Source: a virus (taxonomy: Duplodnaviria > Caudoviricetes). Taken from it: a stretch of DNA of 64,000 bases. Below, in pieces: positions 19,646 to 29,145 of the stretch. How positions within the stretch are numbered: position 1 is the first letter of the stretch; each line of letters opens with the position of its first letter. The stretch covers positions 1 through 64,000 of IMG/VR virus record IMGVR_UViG_2875882051_000001; one strand, written 5' to 3'. The notes under the pieces were generated by a model that made no database searches, had not been told where the DNA came from, and saw only the letters and a list, made by a program, of their open reading frames with translations. Position numbers and translations under genes: made by a program.

Positions 19646-20755
19646 CTAGCCAAGTACTCTTGAAGCTAGTTCAGGATAGATACTCTTAACACCATAAAGC
19701 ATATCAACAGAAATGATATTCTTTTTAGTGTCCATGTTATATCCCATTGTTACTCTTAAGCTTAAACCATTAGGTGCAGTAGCAACATAGCTATCAGCTC
19801 CACCCATTGGTGGTTCCATTGGTCTTGTAGCTAAACATAATGCATTCTTATGGAATGCTAATGATGCAACGTGTGATTTAGCAAATGTTACTGCTTGAGC
19901 TGTAAATGTATCTTTAACCGCTGGATATACATTTACAGTTAATACACCTGATACAGCATTTGGAGTATCTGAAGTAGCAACAAATTGTTGTCCATTTACT
20001 GTAAATATATCACCTTTCTTTAATTGAGCAGTAGAACTTCCTGCAGCACTTGTTAATGTTACAGTTAATTGTCCAGCTGTTCCAGCACCTTTAACATCAG
20101 TTAATGCACTATAAGCACCTGCTACATGAGTTTTAATGTTTTGGTCCATATAATTATCAAATCCCATAATTCTACCCATTGAAGCTTCTCTTAACGCGGC
20201 ATTAGTTCCCGATGCATCTACTCTAGCTATTGCATCAATTGTAACCAAATTTGCTTGAGCATAAGGATCCCATACAGCACATCTATTTTGAGTAGGTACT
20301 CTATTCTTATTTAATACTAGCATTGCATTAGATATATCTTTAAGTGCACTTGGAGTTGTTCCACCTATACCACTGTAATATGGAATATCTGCATATAAAC
20401 CGCATAAATCTTGGTCAACCTTTTCTGCTATAGCTAAAGTTGCACCATCTAAAATTTGAGTTCCGAAGTTTTCAATATTAAGTGATAATTCTTTTGAAGA
20501 TACTTCAACTGATACGTCAGCAATCTTGTCTAATTTAACAAGAACATTTGATTCACCAACATCTTGAAGATTAATAGTACCTCCAAACTCATCAGCTATA
20601 AATGTTGCTGGTTTTCTTACCTGAATAGTATCTCCTTGTTGCTTAAATTCGCTAGAATAGTCTGTATGAACTAATCCTGCCATTACAAAATTAGATTGAA
20701 GTCTTAATAATGCTTCCCTCGCTATTTGTTGAGATGTTAAAAAAGTATTTGCCAT
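19646..20755 (-). CDS. Major capsid protein (P22 coat family)
   Basis: MANTFLT..IAREAL..L...GDTIQVRKPATF...DMLYGVK. Confidence 0.9.
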   Translation of the reverse strand: MANTFLTSQQIAREALLRLQSNFVMAGLVHTDYSSEFKQQGDTIQVRKPATFIADEFGGTINLQDVGESNVLVKLDKIADVSVEVSSKELSLNIENFGTQILDGATLAIAEKVDQDLCGLYADIPYYSGIGGTTPSALKDISNAMLVLNKNRVPTQNRCAVWDPYAQANLVTIDAIARVDASGTNAALREASMGRIMGFDNYMDQNIKTHVAGAYSALTDVKGAGTAGQLTVTLTSAAGSSTAQLKKGDIFTVNGQQFVATSDTPNAVSGVLTVNVYPAVKDTFTAQAVTFAKSHVASLAFHKNALCLATRPMEPPMGGADSYVATAPNGLSLRVTMGYNMDTKKNIISVDMLYGVKSIYPELASRVLG

Positions 20756-20780
20756 AATTAAATTCACTCCTTAATTTTTA

Positions 20781-21383
20781 TTATTTTTCTTGATGTGCTG
20801 CAAACCACTCAGCATCACTCATTTTCGATTCGTCTACTATTTCTGGGCTTTCATTTGGTGGCTTGTACCCAGATTTTAATTTTTCTTCTATTGCTTGAGT
20901 TAAACTTTGATTGTAAACCTGATTGAATGTCTCAAAGTTTTTAACTGTTGATTCCTCATCCTCACCTAAGAAATAATCTACAAGGTTTAATGGTATTTTC
21001 TTTTCATTTGCTATTTGTATAGCTCTGTTCTTAAGATCTTTTCTTGCACTTTCAGCTTTCATATTATCAAGCTCTTTCTTTAAGTTTTCCAATGCTAGTT
21101 CTTTTTCATCTTTCTTTGGATATCTTTTTAAAATTTCATCATCAATAACCTTTTGCAAGTTATTTTTCTGCCAGTTTTTTATTCCATCTGTAACTCTTGT
21201 ATCTCCATAAGATTGTAAATATTTCTTGCCATCTTCACTACTATCCAAAAAGTTTTTAACATCATCTATAGTTAAACCCTTCTCAAATAATTTAGCTAAT
21301 GCACCATTTCCTTTTACAACATCATCTATATCTGCATCCTCTGCTAGGTCCTTTAATAATTCATTTATTTCATTCTTTTTCAT
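20781..21383 (-). CDS. Capsid scaffolding protein (DUF4355)
   Basis: SYGDTRVTDGIKNW...LKSGYKPP; precedes capsid. Confidence 0.8.
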   Translation of the reverse strand: MKKNEINELLKDLAEDADIDDVVKGNGALAKLFEKGLTIDDVKNFLDSSEDGKKYLQSYGDTRVTDGIKNWQKNNLQKVIDDEILKRYPKKDEKELALENLKKELDNMKAESARKDLKNRAIQIANEKKIPLNLVDYFLGEDEESTVKNFETFNQVYNQSLTQAIEEKLKSGYKPPNESPEIVDESKMSDAEWFAAHQEK

Positions 21384-21501
21384 TGTTAAACTCCTTCCCT
21401 ATCCAGTTTTATTACTAACCCTGTATAGTTAACTCATTATTTATTTCTAGCCTTTTCACACCATGCTGAGGGCAAAATAAAAAGCCTTAAACTCTTAAGA
21501 C

Positions 21502-21966
21502 TTATTTAATACCTTTGTATGCTGTTTGCAATAAGAACCCCAAGTGATTCCATACTTGATTTTTAATTCTTTCCTTACATATCTCAGCTCCTATTTCCTC
21601 ATTATAATTTTTAGGATCAACACATGCTGAACTTTCAACAATTGTAAATCCATTTACTAATGTTGCAACAACAATAGTGATTTTATCTTTCTTAGTAAAC
21701 ACTTCATAATCAACAATAAAGCTATCAACCATTTGTGCCCCTACTGAAACACCGCTAGGTAAGTTGGGATTATCATCAACCTTCAAATATGACTTTTCAA
21801 ATACATCCTTAGGCGACCATGAAATATAATCATCTGAATACTTAATCATATATCCTTCTGTTTGGGGATTTTCATTTTCTGGAATCGTCCAACCTTTGAA
21901 TCTATTATAATCTCCTAAATTCATTTCCTTAGCTTCTATTAATTTTGTTCCAATATACTTATTCAT
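21502..21966 (-). CDS. Two-domain protein: YIGTK..SWSPKDVFE domain + Gp49/Sf6-gp66-like domain; candidate nucleotide-signal sponge
   Basis: C-half LVNGFTIVESSACVDPKNYNEEIGAEIC..RIKNQVWNHLGFLLQ resembles Phage_gp49_66; adjacent to Tad1. Confidence 0.7.
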   Translation of the reverse strand: MNKYIGTKLIEAKEMNLGDYNRFKGWTIPENENPQTEGYMIKYSDDYISWSPKDVFEKSYLKVDDNPNLPSGVSVGAQMVDSFIVDYEVFTKKDKITIVVATLVNGFTIVESSACVDPKNYNEEIGAEICKERIKNQVWNHLGFLLQTAYKGIK

Positions 21967-22340
21967 TATTTTTCATTCCTCCCCAATACATTTCTTTCAA
22001 TTCTATCTTCAACTCTTCTATTCATCCACATAAGAGCTTCTTCAATATGAGTTAAGGCACATGCATTCTCTCTTGATGAAAACGGTCCTGCTTGAAATGC
22101 TTTTAATCTATCTCTTACTATTTCCAACAGATCAGTGTCAATTACACCATGTATTGAATCTTTTTCTTTCCTAGAGCCTTTTTGTAATTGAATGACTACT
22201 ACATCATTAGCAACATCTTTTTCGTTACCATTATTAATAACTATATGGTATTCATGATGCGCACCTCCTGGGCCTATTTCATCAGCTGCAAAAACTTGAT
22301 TTAACTTTTCTCTCTTTTGGATTGTACTTAATTCTTTCAT
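21966..22340 (-). CDS. tad1: Thoeris anti-defence Tad1-family sponge (124 aa from its own RBS)
   Basis: [14 protein letters not shown]...[50 protein letters not shown] matches recalled C. botulinum prophage Tad1; GGAGG RBS. Confidence 0.82.
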   Translation of the reverse strand: MKELSTIQKREKLNQVFAADEIGPGGAHHEYHIVINNGNEKDVANDVVVIQLQKGSRKEKDSIHGVIDTDLLEIVRDRLKAFQAGPFSSRENACALTHIEEALMWMNRRVEDRIERNVLGRNEK

Positions 22341-22541
22341 ATTCTTGATCCCTCCTATACTATTTTCTTTTTTTATTTCCACTGTTCCTTCTAAGTCTAC
22401 TTTCGTATCAATCTTCATTGTGACTTCTGCAATACCTTGCTTTTCTGGTTTATAATGTACATTCATATCAAGAATTGTATCTACTCTTTTACCATTAAGC
22501 TCGACACAACCTTGATTAACTTTAATGTAAGGGAATTCCAT
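22341..22541 (-). CDS. Small hypothetical ORF read in frame into Tad1
   Basis: Own RBS (AGGAGG) and ATG at 22541; no stop before the Tad1 ATG. Confidence 0.55.
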
Positions 22542-22613
22542 TTATACATTCCTCCTAAAATAGAAATAAGCCTTTAACGCTGGCTTTGCGAGATATTGGA
22601 TCACCTTGCCTTT

Positions 22614-22730
22614 CTAAATTTTAATTTTTCTCTTTAAAAAGCAAAAACACAATCCAAATAAATTAATTTGAAACCATGCTTCAGCATACCAAGTCCCATT
22701 CTCTGCATATTTTGTAATGTAATGATGCAT
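22614..22730 (-). CDS. Small phage protein MHHYITKYAENGTWYAEAWFQINLFGLCFCFLKRKIKI (38 aa)
   Basis: Translated by hand; abuts upstream stop; RBS AAGGAAG. Confidence 0.6.
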   Translation of the reverse strand: MHHYITKYAENGTWYAEAWFQINLFGLCFCFLKRKIKI

Positions 22731-22892
22731 TTATTTCACTTCCTTATTATCCAAAATCACTTTATATCCATCATGCTCAATTAGTTCCTTATCACTTATT
22801 ACCGCAATCACTTCATCATCCTTGGTTATAATAATTTTTTTGAATTCATTTTCTCCAATTTTCATAATATATTCCTCATTGATTTTAGGCAT
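22731..22892 (-). CDS. Small hypothetical protein (53 aa)
   Basis: Translated by hand: MPKINEEYIMKIGENEFKKIIITKDDEVIAVISD... Confidence 0.5.
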   Translation of the reverse strand: MPKINEEYIMKIGENEFKKIIITKDDEVIAVISDKELIEHDGYKVILDNKEVK

Positions 22893-22929
22893 AATAAAAG
22901 CACCTACCTATTAACTTAAGTAAGTGCTT

Positions 22930-23100
22930 TTAGCCTTCTTTTAATTTCTTTCTCTTTTCTAGGTGTTTTAAATATTTCTCAAAGCTTTTTTTAGCTTCTT
23001 CCGGTGCTTTATCAGTTAATACAAATTGATGTGTTTCTTCATCAATATCCCACCATTCATTATTCTCTTTCCATATAAACAAATCACCTGGTGCTCTCAT
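22930..23100 (-). CDS. Putative immunity protein for the MuF extension (56 aa)
   Basis: MRAPGDLFIWKENNEWWDIDEETHQFVLTDKAPEEAKKSFEKYLK...; RBS AAAGGAG directly after MuF stop. Confidence 0.6.
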   Translation of the reverse strand: MRAPGDLFIWKENNEWWDIDEETHQFVLTDKAPEEAKKSFEKYLKHLEKRKKLKEG

Positions 23101-23113
23101 ATGAATCACTCCT

Positions 23114-24502
23114 TTATTTTAGTTTATCAAGTTTTTCCATAAATTTCAATGAAAATTCTCTTGGTTTTCTTGAATCATAGAATTCTGCAAATACTTCAGA
23201 TAAAATTTCAGAACCATCAGAAAAATCACTTGAATATCTTGACAATTTGCTTTCTAATAATTCAAATAATTCCTTATTATCTTTAATTCCTAGAATATCT
23301 TTTCCAATGGAAATCGTATTAATGTTATAAGTATCGTGTACCACATGACCCATTTCATGTTTTACAATAGCTCTATATGACGTATTTGGTGTGAACCATC
23401 CATCCTCAGATAATTTTGAATACTCATTTTCCAATAACTCTTTATTCCTAAATGCTTTTCCGTTTATATCAAGGATATGACCTCTAGCTTGTGCAAAATC
23501 TTCATCTTCCATATAATAATTAGGTCTTAGTGTAAGCTTATTACTTCCGTTGGATATCTTAGGATATTTACTAACGATCTCAGACATATCATCAATAGCT
23601 TGTTTAACAAGATCAATGTCTCCATCGAAGTTTTTGAACTCTGATAATGCTATTCCTTTATCCTTTGCATAATTCTTCAAATCTTTTAATTCTTCTTTTG
23701 ATATTTTAGCTCCCTTGGCTGGCCATATTGTGCTATTGGTAACTCCACTCATATTATCTTTCTTTTCATCATTAGCAATAGTGTTAAATCCCCTGCATAA
23801 TGGATGTACAACTCCAGGAGCTTTATCTAAATCGAATGGTTTTCCATCTAATGCAGCACATCTAGTACAAGTTTTAGCATCAAGTACCTCATTACGAATG
23901 ACCTTTTTAACTCCAGTTTCCTTACAGAACTTTCTAAATGCTTCATCTTCGCATCTATTTACTTCTGTTTCAACCAGTCTTCTAACTTCATAAGCATTAT
24001 TATCGTAAGTATCATGAATTAACTTCTTAATTTGATTCACATTAACCTTACCTTTTAAAAAATCTTGAGTTTGGCTGTGAAGTAACTCTGCTACAGCCTG
24101 TTCATTATCCCAAACTCTACTAGAAAAGTGTTTCCCCTTATAATTGTTATCAATAATCTCTTTAACATCTTTATGATTAGCATTATAACTATAAAATTTA
24201 TAAGTGTTACTAACTGTATTATTCAGAATATCCGTTGTTGTCTTATTTGTAATAGTACCTTGGACTTTTGCATATCCAGTGATCAAATTTAGAAACTTAC
24301 TACTTAGTTTATCCTGTTCATCCTTGCTAAGATTCATCACCGTGTCAGCTACTGTATAAGTAAGCATTACATTTGCTATTTCTTTTAATAAGTTATCTCT
24401 ATTTTGTTGCTGCTCCTTATAAACTTCCTTTAGTTGATCATTTGCATTATCATAAAGACCTTCAATGAAATTAGCTTCATCATCTTTACTATAGTGATCC
24501 AT
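23114..24502 (-). CDS. MuF (SPP1 gp7-like) minor head protein with C-terminal HEXXH domain
   Basis: FSSRVW...RRLVETEVNR...TCTRCAALDG...HPLCR then about 200-aa extension with VKHEMGH. Confidence 0.85.
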   Translation of the reverse strand: MDHYSKDDEANFIEGLYDNANDQLKEVYKEQQQNRDNLLKEIANVMLTYTVADTVMNLSKDEQDKLSSKFLNLITGYAKVQGTITNKTTTDILNNTVSNTYKFYSYNANHKDVKEIIDNNYKGKHFSSRVWDNEQAVAELLHSQTQDFLKGKVNVNQIKKLIHDTYDNNAYEVRRLVETEVNRCEDEAFRKFCKETGVKKVIRNEVLDAKTCTRCAALDGKPFDLDKAPGVVHPLCRGFNTIANDEKKDNMSGVTNSTIWPAKGAKISKEELKDLKNYAKDKGIALSEFKNFDGDIDLVKQAIDDMSEIVSKYPKISNGSNKLTLRPNYYMEDEDFAQARGHILDINGKAFRNKELLENEYSKLSEDGWFTPNTSYRAIVKHEMGHVVHDTYNINTISIGKDILGIKDNKELFELLESKLSRYSSDFSDGSEILSEVFAEFYDSRKPREFSLKFMEKLDKLK

Positions 24503-24503
24503 A

Positions 24504-25772
24504 CTATTCACCTGCAGCTTCATCTAAATTAATTTTTGTCTTATTTAATTCAGATTCTTTCTTTATCTTTTCGATTTCATTTTGAGGATTTTCTATAAAT
24601 GATAATTGAGCTAAACCAGTTTCAGTAGATAGCTTGTCTCCAAGTTTTTGAATTATATCAGCAGTGCTGGTATCATCTTGCGGAATATTAGGTGTAAACT
24701 TAATTTTAATATCTCTATAATCATAAGTTTTGTTTTGGGTTAGATTTAAGTATATAAAGAGAAATTTTAATCTACTTTTAATGCAATCAGCTAAAGCTCT
24801 TTGATTTAATTTGCACTTTTCTTCTAAAGAAATCAATCTAGATCTTAAAGCAACTCCCGAAAGATTACTTTGCATTTTCTCATTATGATTTATATGCGAC
24901 GTCAGCTGGTACATCTTATCTTCTTGAGTAGAAAGAGTATTTTGAATAAAACTATCATTTATATTCTTTATTAACCATTCAGCTCTTCCTTTATCCGAAG
25001 GGACCTGTATAATTCCTTTCTCCTTCATTTCATCTACATCTTCATCCTCTATCTGAAATCCAAAAAGACTTAAATATGCATTCCTAAAATCACTTATTTC
25101 ATTGCTTATATCTGAAAGGTTAGTCTCATACGCATCTTGCAACCCTTTAATATCTTTATAGATTGTGTCATCTTCTTTTTCAATACTGACCTGTGCTATT
25201 GATACAGGCACTTTACCGAATCCATGAGATTCACCTTCATCATCAGTAAAGCCATTTTTATAGTGATACACCGAAGAATCATCATAAACGTCAATATAAA
25301 CATTTGAATCGAATCTTTTATGATATATGCGCATAAAAAAAAGTATGTTCCCGAAATCATCTACGTGAGCATACCCTTCTCTTGGAGTTATTATTTTAGA
25401 GCTAAATTGTGCTTCATCATCAGTATAGTATAATTCATATGCAAATCCATAAGTAAGCATTCTTTTCATAAGATCACTATCATGTTGTTCACTCCAGTGT
25501 TCTAAATAGTAATCTATATCATTGACTATATCTGCATTTCCTGATTTAGAAATATAGGTTACATCATTTCCAACTGAATAACTTACTTCTTCCTTAATGA
25601 ATTTTTTTAGGAAATTTACAGGAGTTTTATTATTACTTCTTTCAGTGACCATTTTATAATTTTTCATTGCATCCGAATCACCTTTATAATAACTATACAT
25701 ATTATCATAAAGTGGTTTTTTAGCTTTATAGTAGCTATAAACTTTTTCAAGTAATTGTATATCTATATCCAA
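24504..25772 (-). CDS. Portal protein (SPP1 type)
   Basis: FIKEEVSYSVGNDVTY...DAYETNLSDISNEISDFRNAYL...KFTPNIP. Confidence 0.92.
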   Translation of the reverse strand: MDIDIQLLEKVYSYYKAKKPLYDNMYSYYKGDSDAMKNYKMVTERSNNKTPVNFLKKFIKEEVSYSVGNDVTYISKSGNADIVNDIDYYLEHWSEQHDSDLMKRMLTYGFAYELYYTDDEAQFSSKIITPREGYAHVDDFGNILFFMRIYHKRFDSNVYIDVYDDSSVYHYKNGFTDDEGESHGFGKVPVSIAQVSIEKEDDTIYKDIKGLQDAYETNLSDISNEISDFRNAYLSLFGFQIEDEDVDEMKEKGIIQVPSDKGRAEWLIKNINDSFIQNTLSTQEDKMYQLTSHINHNEKMQSNLSGVALRSRLISLEEKCKLNQRALADCIKSRLKFLFIYLNLTQNKTYDYRDIKIKFTPNIPQDDTSTADIIQKLGDKLSTETGLAQLSFIENPQNEIEKIKKESELNKTKINLDEAAGE

Positions 25773-25788
25773 AGTCTCAACTCCTTTC

Positions 25789-27615
25789 TTAGATTCCTAG
25801 CTTTCTTCTACTTATAAATGTTGCTATTGGAATAACTTTTATTTCTTTCAAAGCATTTTCGCCCTCTGAAATCATATCTATAAAATCATCATGCGTAGTG
25901 TATTTTTGCCCTTGGAATTCAAGTACCTGTTTTACTGCTGCAGAGCTATCTTCACAATCAGAATTTATAATTATCTGTCCATTATTTATTGGATCCATAA
26001 CAGTGCTTATCTTTTCATCCTTGTTTGTTTTCTGCATTTTATTAATAAATTCAAGGCGTCTACTCTTTAATTTAGGTTCTTTATCGATCAATTCTTGTAT
26101 TTTAAGAACATCAGCACCCATGAATGTATTTTTCTCAATAACAACATGAGTAATATCTTCATGTCTTCTAATAAAATCAATGACCTTTTCGCAATAGTCA
26201 TTATATCCAAGTCTTTTCATTAGCAAATCCCGAACATAAGTAAAGTCATTTGTCGCTTTACTCATTACACCCATAGCGGTATAGTCATTTTTCTTACTTG
26301 TGCTTGCTGCTGGATCTATAACTAAAACTGTTTTGATAAATTTGTGGTTTTCTATCTCCTCACTAGTTCTAGTAGCAACAGATTTAAACCACTTTTCGCC
26401 TATAGCTGTAGCATCGTTCATGAGCTCAGACATAAATGCAGCTCTATTTTCCCAATACTTTACCGCTAAATCATTAAAGCAATTCCATTTCTCAGGCCAC
26501 CAGGTTTCAAATTGCATTTCCTTTTTATGGTCATCGTAGAATTGCTTTGCTTTCTCTTTTCTTTCATCTTTATTTAATTTTTCATCAAAATAAATATCGT
26601 GGCATTGCAACCATAAACCGGGTTTGTATTCATCTCCAATGGTTTCTCCATATTCAAAAATATCTTCAATAGTTTGCCCATCTTGAAGTATTATTGCACG
26701 TCTTAAGATGGTATAATAATCTCCATTTCGGCTTAATCTACTCATAAGACAATCAATATGCAATACTGTTCCAATAGCAATTATTTTAGTAGCCGCTTTA
26801 ATCTTCTTACCATTTCTATATACTGCTTTATCTCCAACTTCTTCAACTTCCTTAGTCCATTTATTATACTGCTTTTCCCTAGCAGCATCAGTTAAAATGT
26901 TCTTTTCATCCTGGAAGTCATCACCAATAAATACAGTCGGTCTAATTCCTCCCCAGTTCGCACCTCTTACAGATGTTCCTGAACCAACAGTCCTGATGTA
27001 AGTTCCATTAGTGAACTCAACCTCGTTTGCATTAACTGTATATCTTTCTCCATTTGACTTTAAGGATTTAATATCAATTAATTTACCAAAGCATTTAATG
27101 ATTTTTTGGTTTTCATTAAACACTTTCTTAATGGAATCAAGGAACTGTGTTGCGTCAGTATCAGTTTTTGCACCTAATAAAGTAAATAATGATTTTTTAT
27201 AACAGTGCAGATATACGCTAACAGCTTCATCGAATATAGTTGTCTTTGCATATCCTCTAGGCTCAATTATTGCAGCCTTATCTCTTTTATCCTCTACAAA
27301 TATTTCATTTGCAATATCCCATAATTCATAGTGACCTTTAGATAATGTTCTAGCTGCATTAGGCTTATGATCTAAAGGAACGCTTTCATCGTCATTTAAC
27401 CCTTTAGGTACAAATATATCGCTCATAAAGTACAGGCAGAAAAACTCAATATCTTTTTCACCTAATGCTTTAGCAAGTTTATTCAAATCCCTACTATTCG
27501 CTCTAAGTAGCTTATCTGAAATCTCTTTGTCATAATGTTTGCCGAGGTACTTATTTAACAGATATACCTCATATTTAAGCTCTGTATCAAATTTTAAGTT
27601 GTCAAAGTATATCAT
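25789..27615 (-). CDS. terL: Terminase large subunit
   Basis: IIEPRGYAKTT Walker A, FIGDDFQDE Walker B, IDPAAS nuclease, HDDFID. Confidence 0.9.
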   Translation of the reverse strand: MIYFDNLKFDTELKYEVYLLNKYLGKHYDKEISDKLLRANSRDLNKLAKALGEKDIEFFCLYFMSDIFVPKGLNDDESVPLDHKPNAARTLSKGHYELWDIANEIFVEDKRDKAAIIEPRGYAKTTIFDEAVSVYLHCYKKSLFTLLGAKTDTDATQFLDSIKKVFNENQKIIKCFGKLIDIKSLKSNGERYTVNANEVEFTNGTYIRTVGSGTSVRGANWGGIRPTVFIGDDFQDEKNILTDAAREKQYNKWTKEVEEVGDKAVYRNGKKIKAATKIIAIGTVLHIDCLMSRLSRNGDYYTILRRAIILQDGQTIEDIFEYGETIGDEYKPGLWLQCHDIYFDEKLNKDERKEKAKQFYDDHKKEMQFETWWPEKWNCFNDLAVKYWENRAAFMSELMNDATAIGEKWFKSVATRTSEEIENHKFIKTVLVIDPAASTSKKNDYTAMGVMSKATNDFTYVRDLLMKRLGYNDYCEKVIDFIRRHEDITHVVIEKNTFMGADVLKIQELIDKEPKLKSRRLEFINKMQKTNKDEKISTVMDPINNGQIIINSDCEDSSAAVKQVLEFQGQKYTTHDDFIDMISEGENALKEIKVIPIATFISRRKLGI

Positions 27616-27662
27616 GTTATTCCTCCTTTTGGGCATAATAAAAGAACCCTATTTCTAGAGTT

Positions 27663-28346
27663 CTATAAATTCATATCATTCGCATATTCCTCTGTCTTGA
27701 GTTCTAACCCTATCCATGCTAAAGTTAAATCAATTAAATTTTTTAAATCAGTTATATCTTTGTTTTCCCACTTTTTAACGTAATGTGTTTCATCATTTCC
27801 TAACCAAGTGGCTCCTTTAGCCATTTTTTTAATATTAACATTGTCAATCATTTCAATGCATTTTCCCAACAAATTTTTTTCTATTTCCTCTTTTTCATTA
27901 GGCTTTCTATATTTTAAATAATCTTTAATCAAAAATTCAAGAGCCTTCCTATATCCAATCCCTGCTATTTGATCTAAGTTATTATCTTCTGCAGATAATG
28001 ATTGATTATAAATAATAAGAAACATATTTGATATTTCAGATATTTTTTGATATATCTCAATTGTTTTTGATTTCTTAGGAAATATTGAAATAAATTCACC
28101 TTTATATCCTGCATAATAACTACGATTATAATCTTTTCTATATTTTGCAATAAAAAGTTCTTTGCAATCCGGACATTGAAGCAGCACATATAAATGCCCA
28201 GCATTTATTTCACCTAACATGTTTGGTGATATTCTCAAATTACATATAGGACATTCAGTAATTTTTTCTACTTCTAATTTATTACAATAATCTGAATAAT
28301 CTTTATAGCAATTACTCATATCTTCCATTACATTTATTTCAGCCAT
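27663..28346 (-). CDS. DUF4145 (HEPN-like) protein with Zn-finger N-terminus, moron
   Basis: CPIC...CPDC; AGIGYRKALEFLIKDY; WLGNDETH. Confidence 0.75.
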   Translation of the reverse strand: MAEINVMEDMSNCYKDYSDYCNKLEVEKITECPICNLRISPNMLGEINAGHLYVLLQCPDCKELFIAKYRKDYNRSYYAGYKGEFISIFPKKSKTIEIYQKISEISNMFLIIYNQSLSAEDNNLDQIAGIGYRKALEFLIKDYLKYRKPNEKEEIEKNLLGKCIEMIDNVNIKKMAKGATWLGNDETHYVKKWENKDITDLKNLIDLTLAWIGLELKTEEYANDMNL

Positions 28347-28404
28347 AATCTCCCACCTTTCACATAATATAATTATATAAAAGTTGCTATATTCCTTCTA
28401 AAAA

Positions 28405-28776
28405 TTACAATTCACCACCATATTTTTCTTTTAATTCAGCTTTAGTAACTTTTATTTCTTCTTGCAGTTTATCCATATTAAAAGCAGTTTCATCAACTAA
28501 TATTGCAAGTTTCTTTAATTCTTCTTTACTCATTCCATCAATTACAATATCTAAAGCTTTCTTGTGCTGCTCTGACCATTTATTTAACTTGATTACTTTT
28601 TCTCTAAGCTCACGATCTGTAACATCAACCAAGTATTTAGTTCCACAGGCCTTACATCTAAAGAATCTAATTTGTATTCCATTATTTAAATGTTTAGTTT
28701 CGATTAAATTCTTAGTTTGTTTAATTTCAGCATTACATTCATCACAATATATTGTATTTTTGCCTTGCTTTATCAC
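28405..28776 (-). CDS. Hypothetical Zn-ribbon + coiled-coil protein
   Basis: CDEC...CKAC. Confidence 0.55.
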   Translation of the reverse strand: MIKQGKNTIYCDECNAEIKQTKNLIETKHLNNGIQIRFFRCKACGTKYLVDVTDRELREKVIKLNKWSEQHKKALDIVIDGMSKEELKKLAILVDETAFNMDKLQEEIKVTKAELKEKYGGEL

Positions 28777-29145
28777 TTAATCAACCCCTTTGCTTTATTT
28801 TAAGGTTCAAGTTTAAAAATTATAGCAAAATTTTATGGAGCTTGCCGACCGTATTTTTTGATTTTTCATTTTAGAAGGTACCCCCTTCCATAGGTTTATG
28901 CTATAATATCAATATAATCACGCTATAAATATCGGGAAATAATAATTAATTTTTATTCAATAAAACATGTATATTCCCTGCCTTATGCACTGATTATTCA
29001 CTGATTTTATGCATTTCTTTATTCATAAAACGCGAAATCTATTCTGTGTCAGTAGGCAAGCCATTCTTTAAAATTCCAGTTTATGCAATTATTTCGCTAA
29101 ATGATGACTTTGCGAAATAACTTTGAATATTTCAGCCTTTCGTAA

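Noticed and set aside
25789-27615. Intein or intron in terminase or DnaB
   Set aside because: Lengths are normal and frames uninterrupted; no intein motifs.
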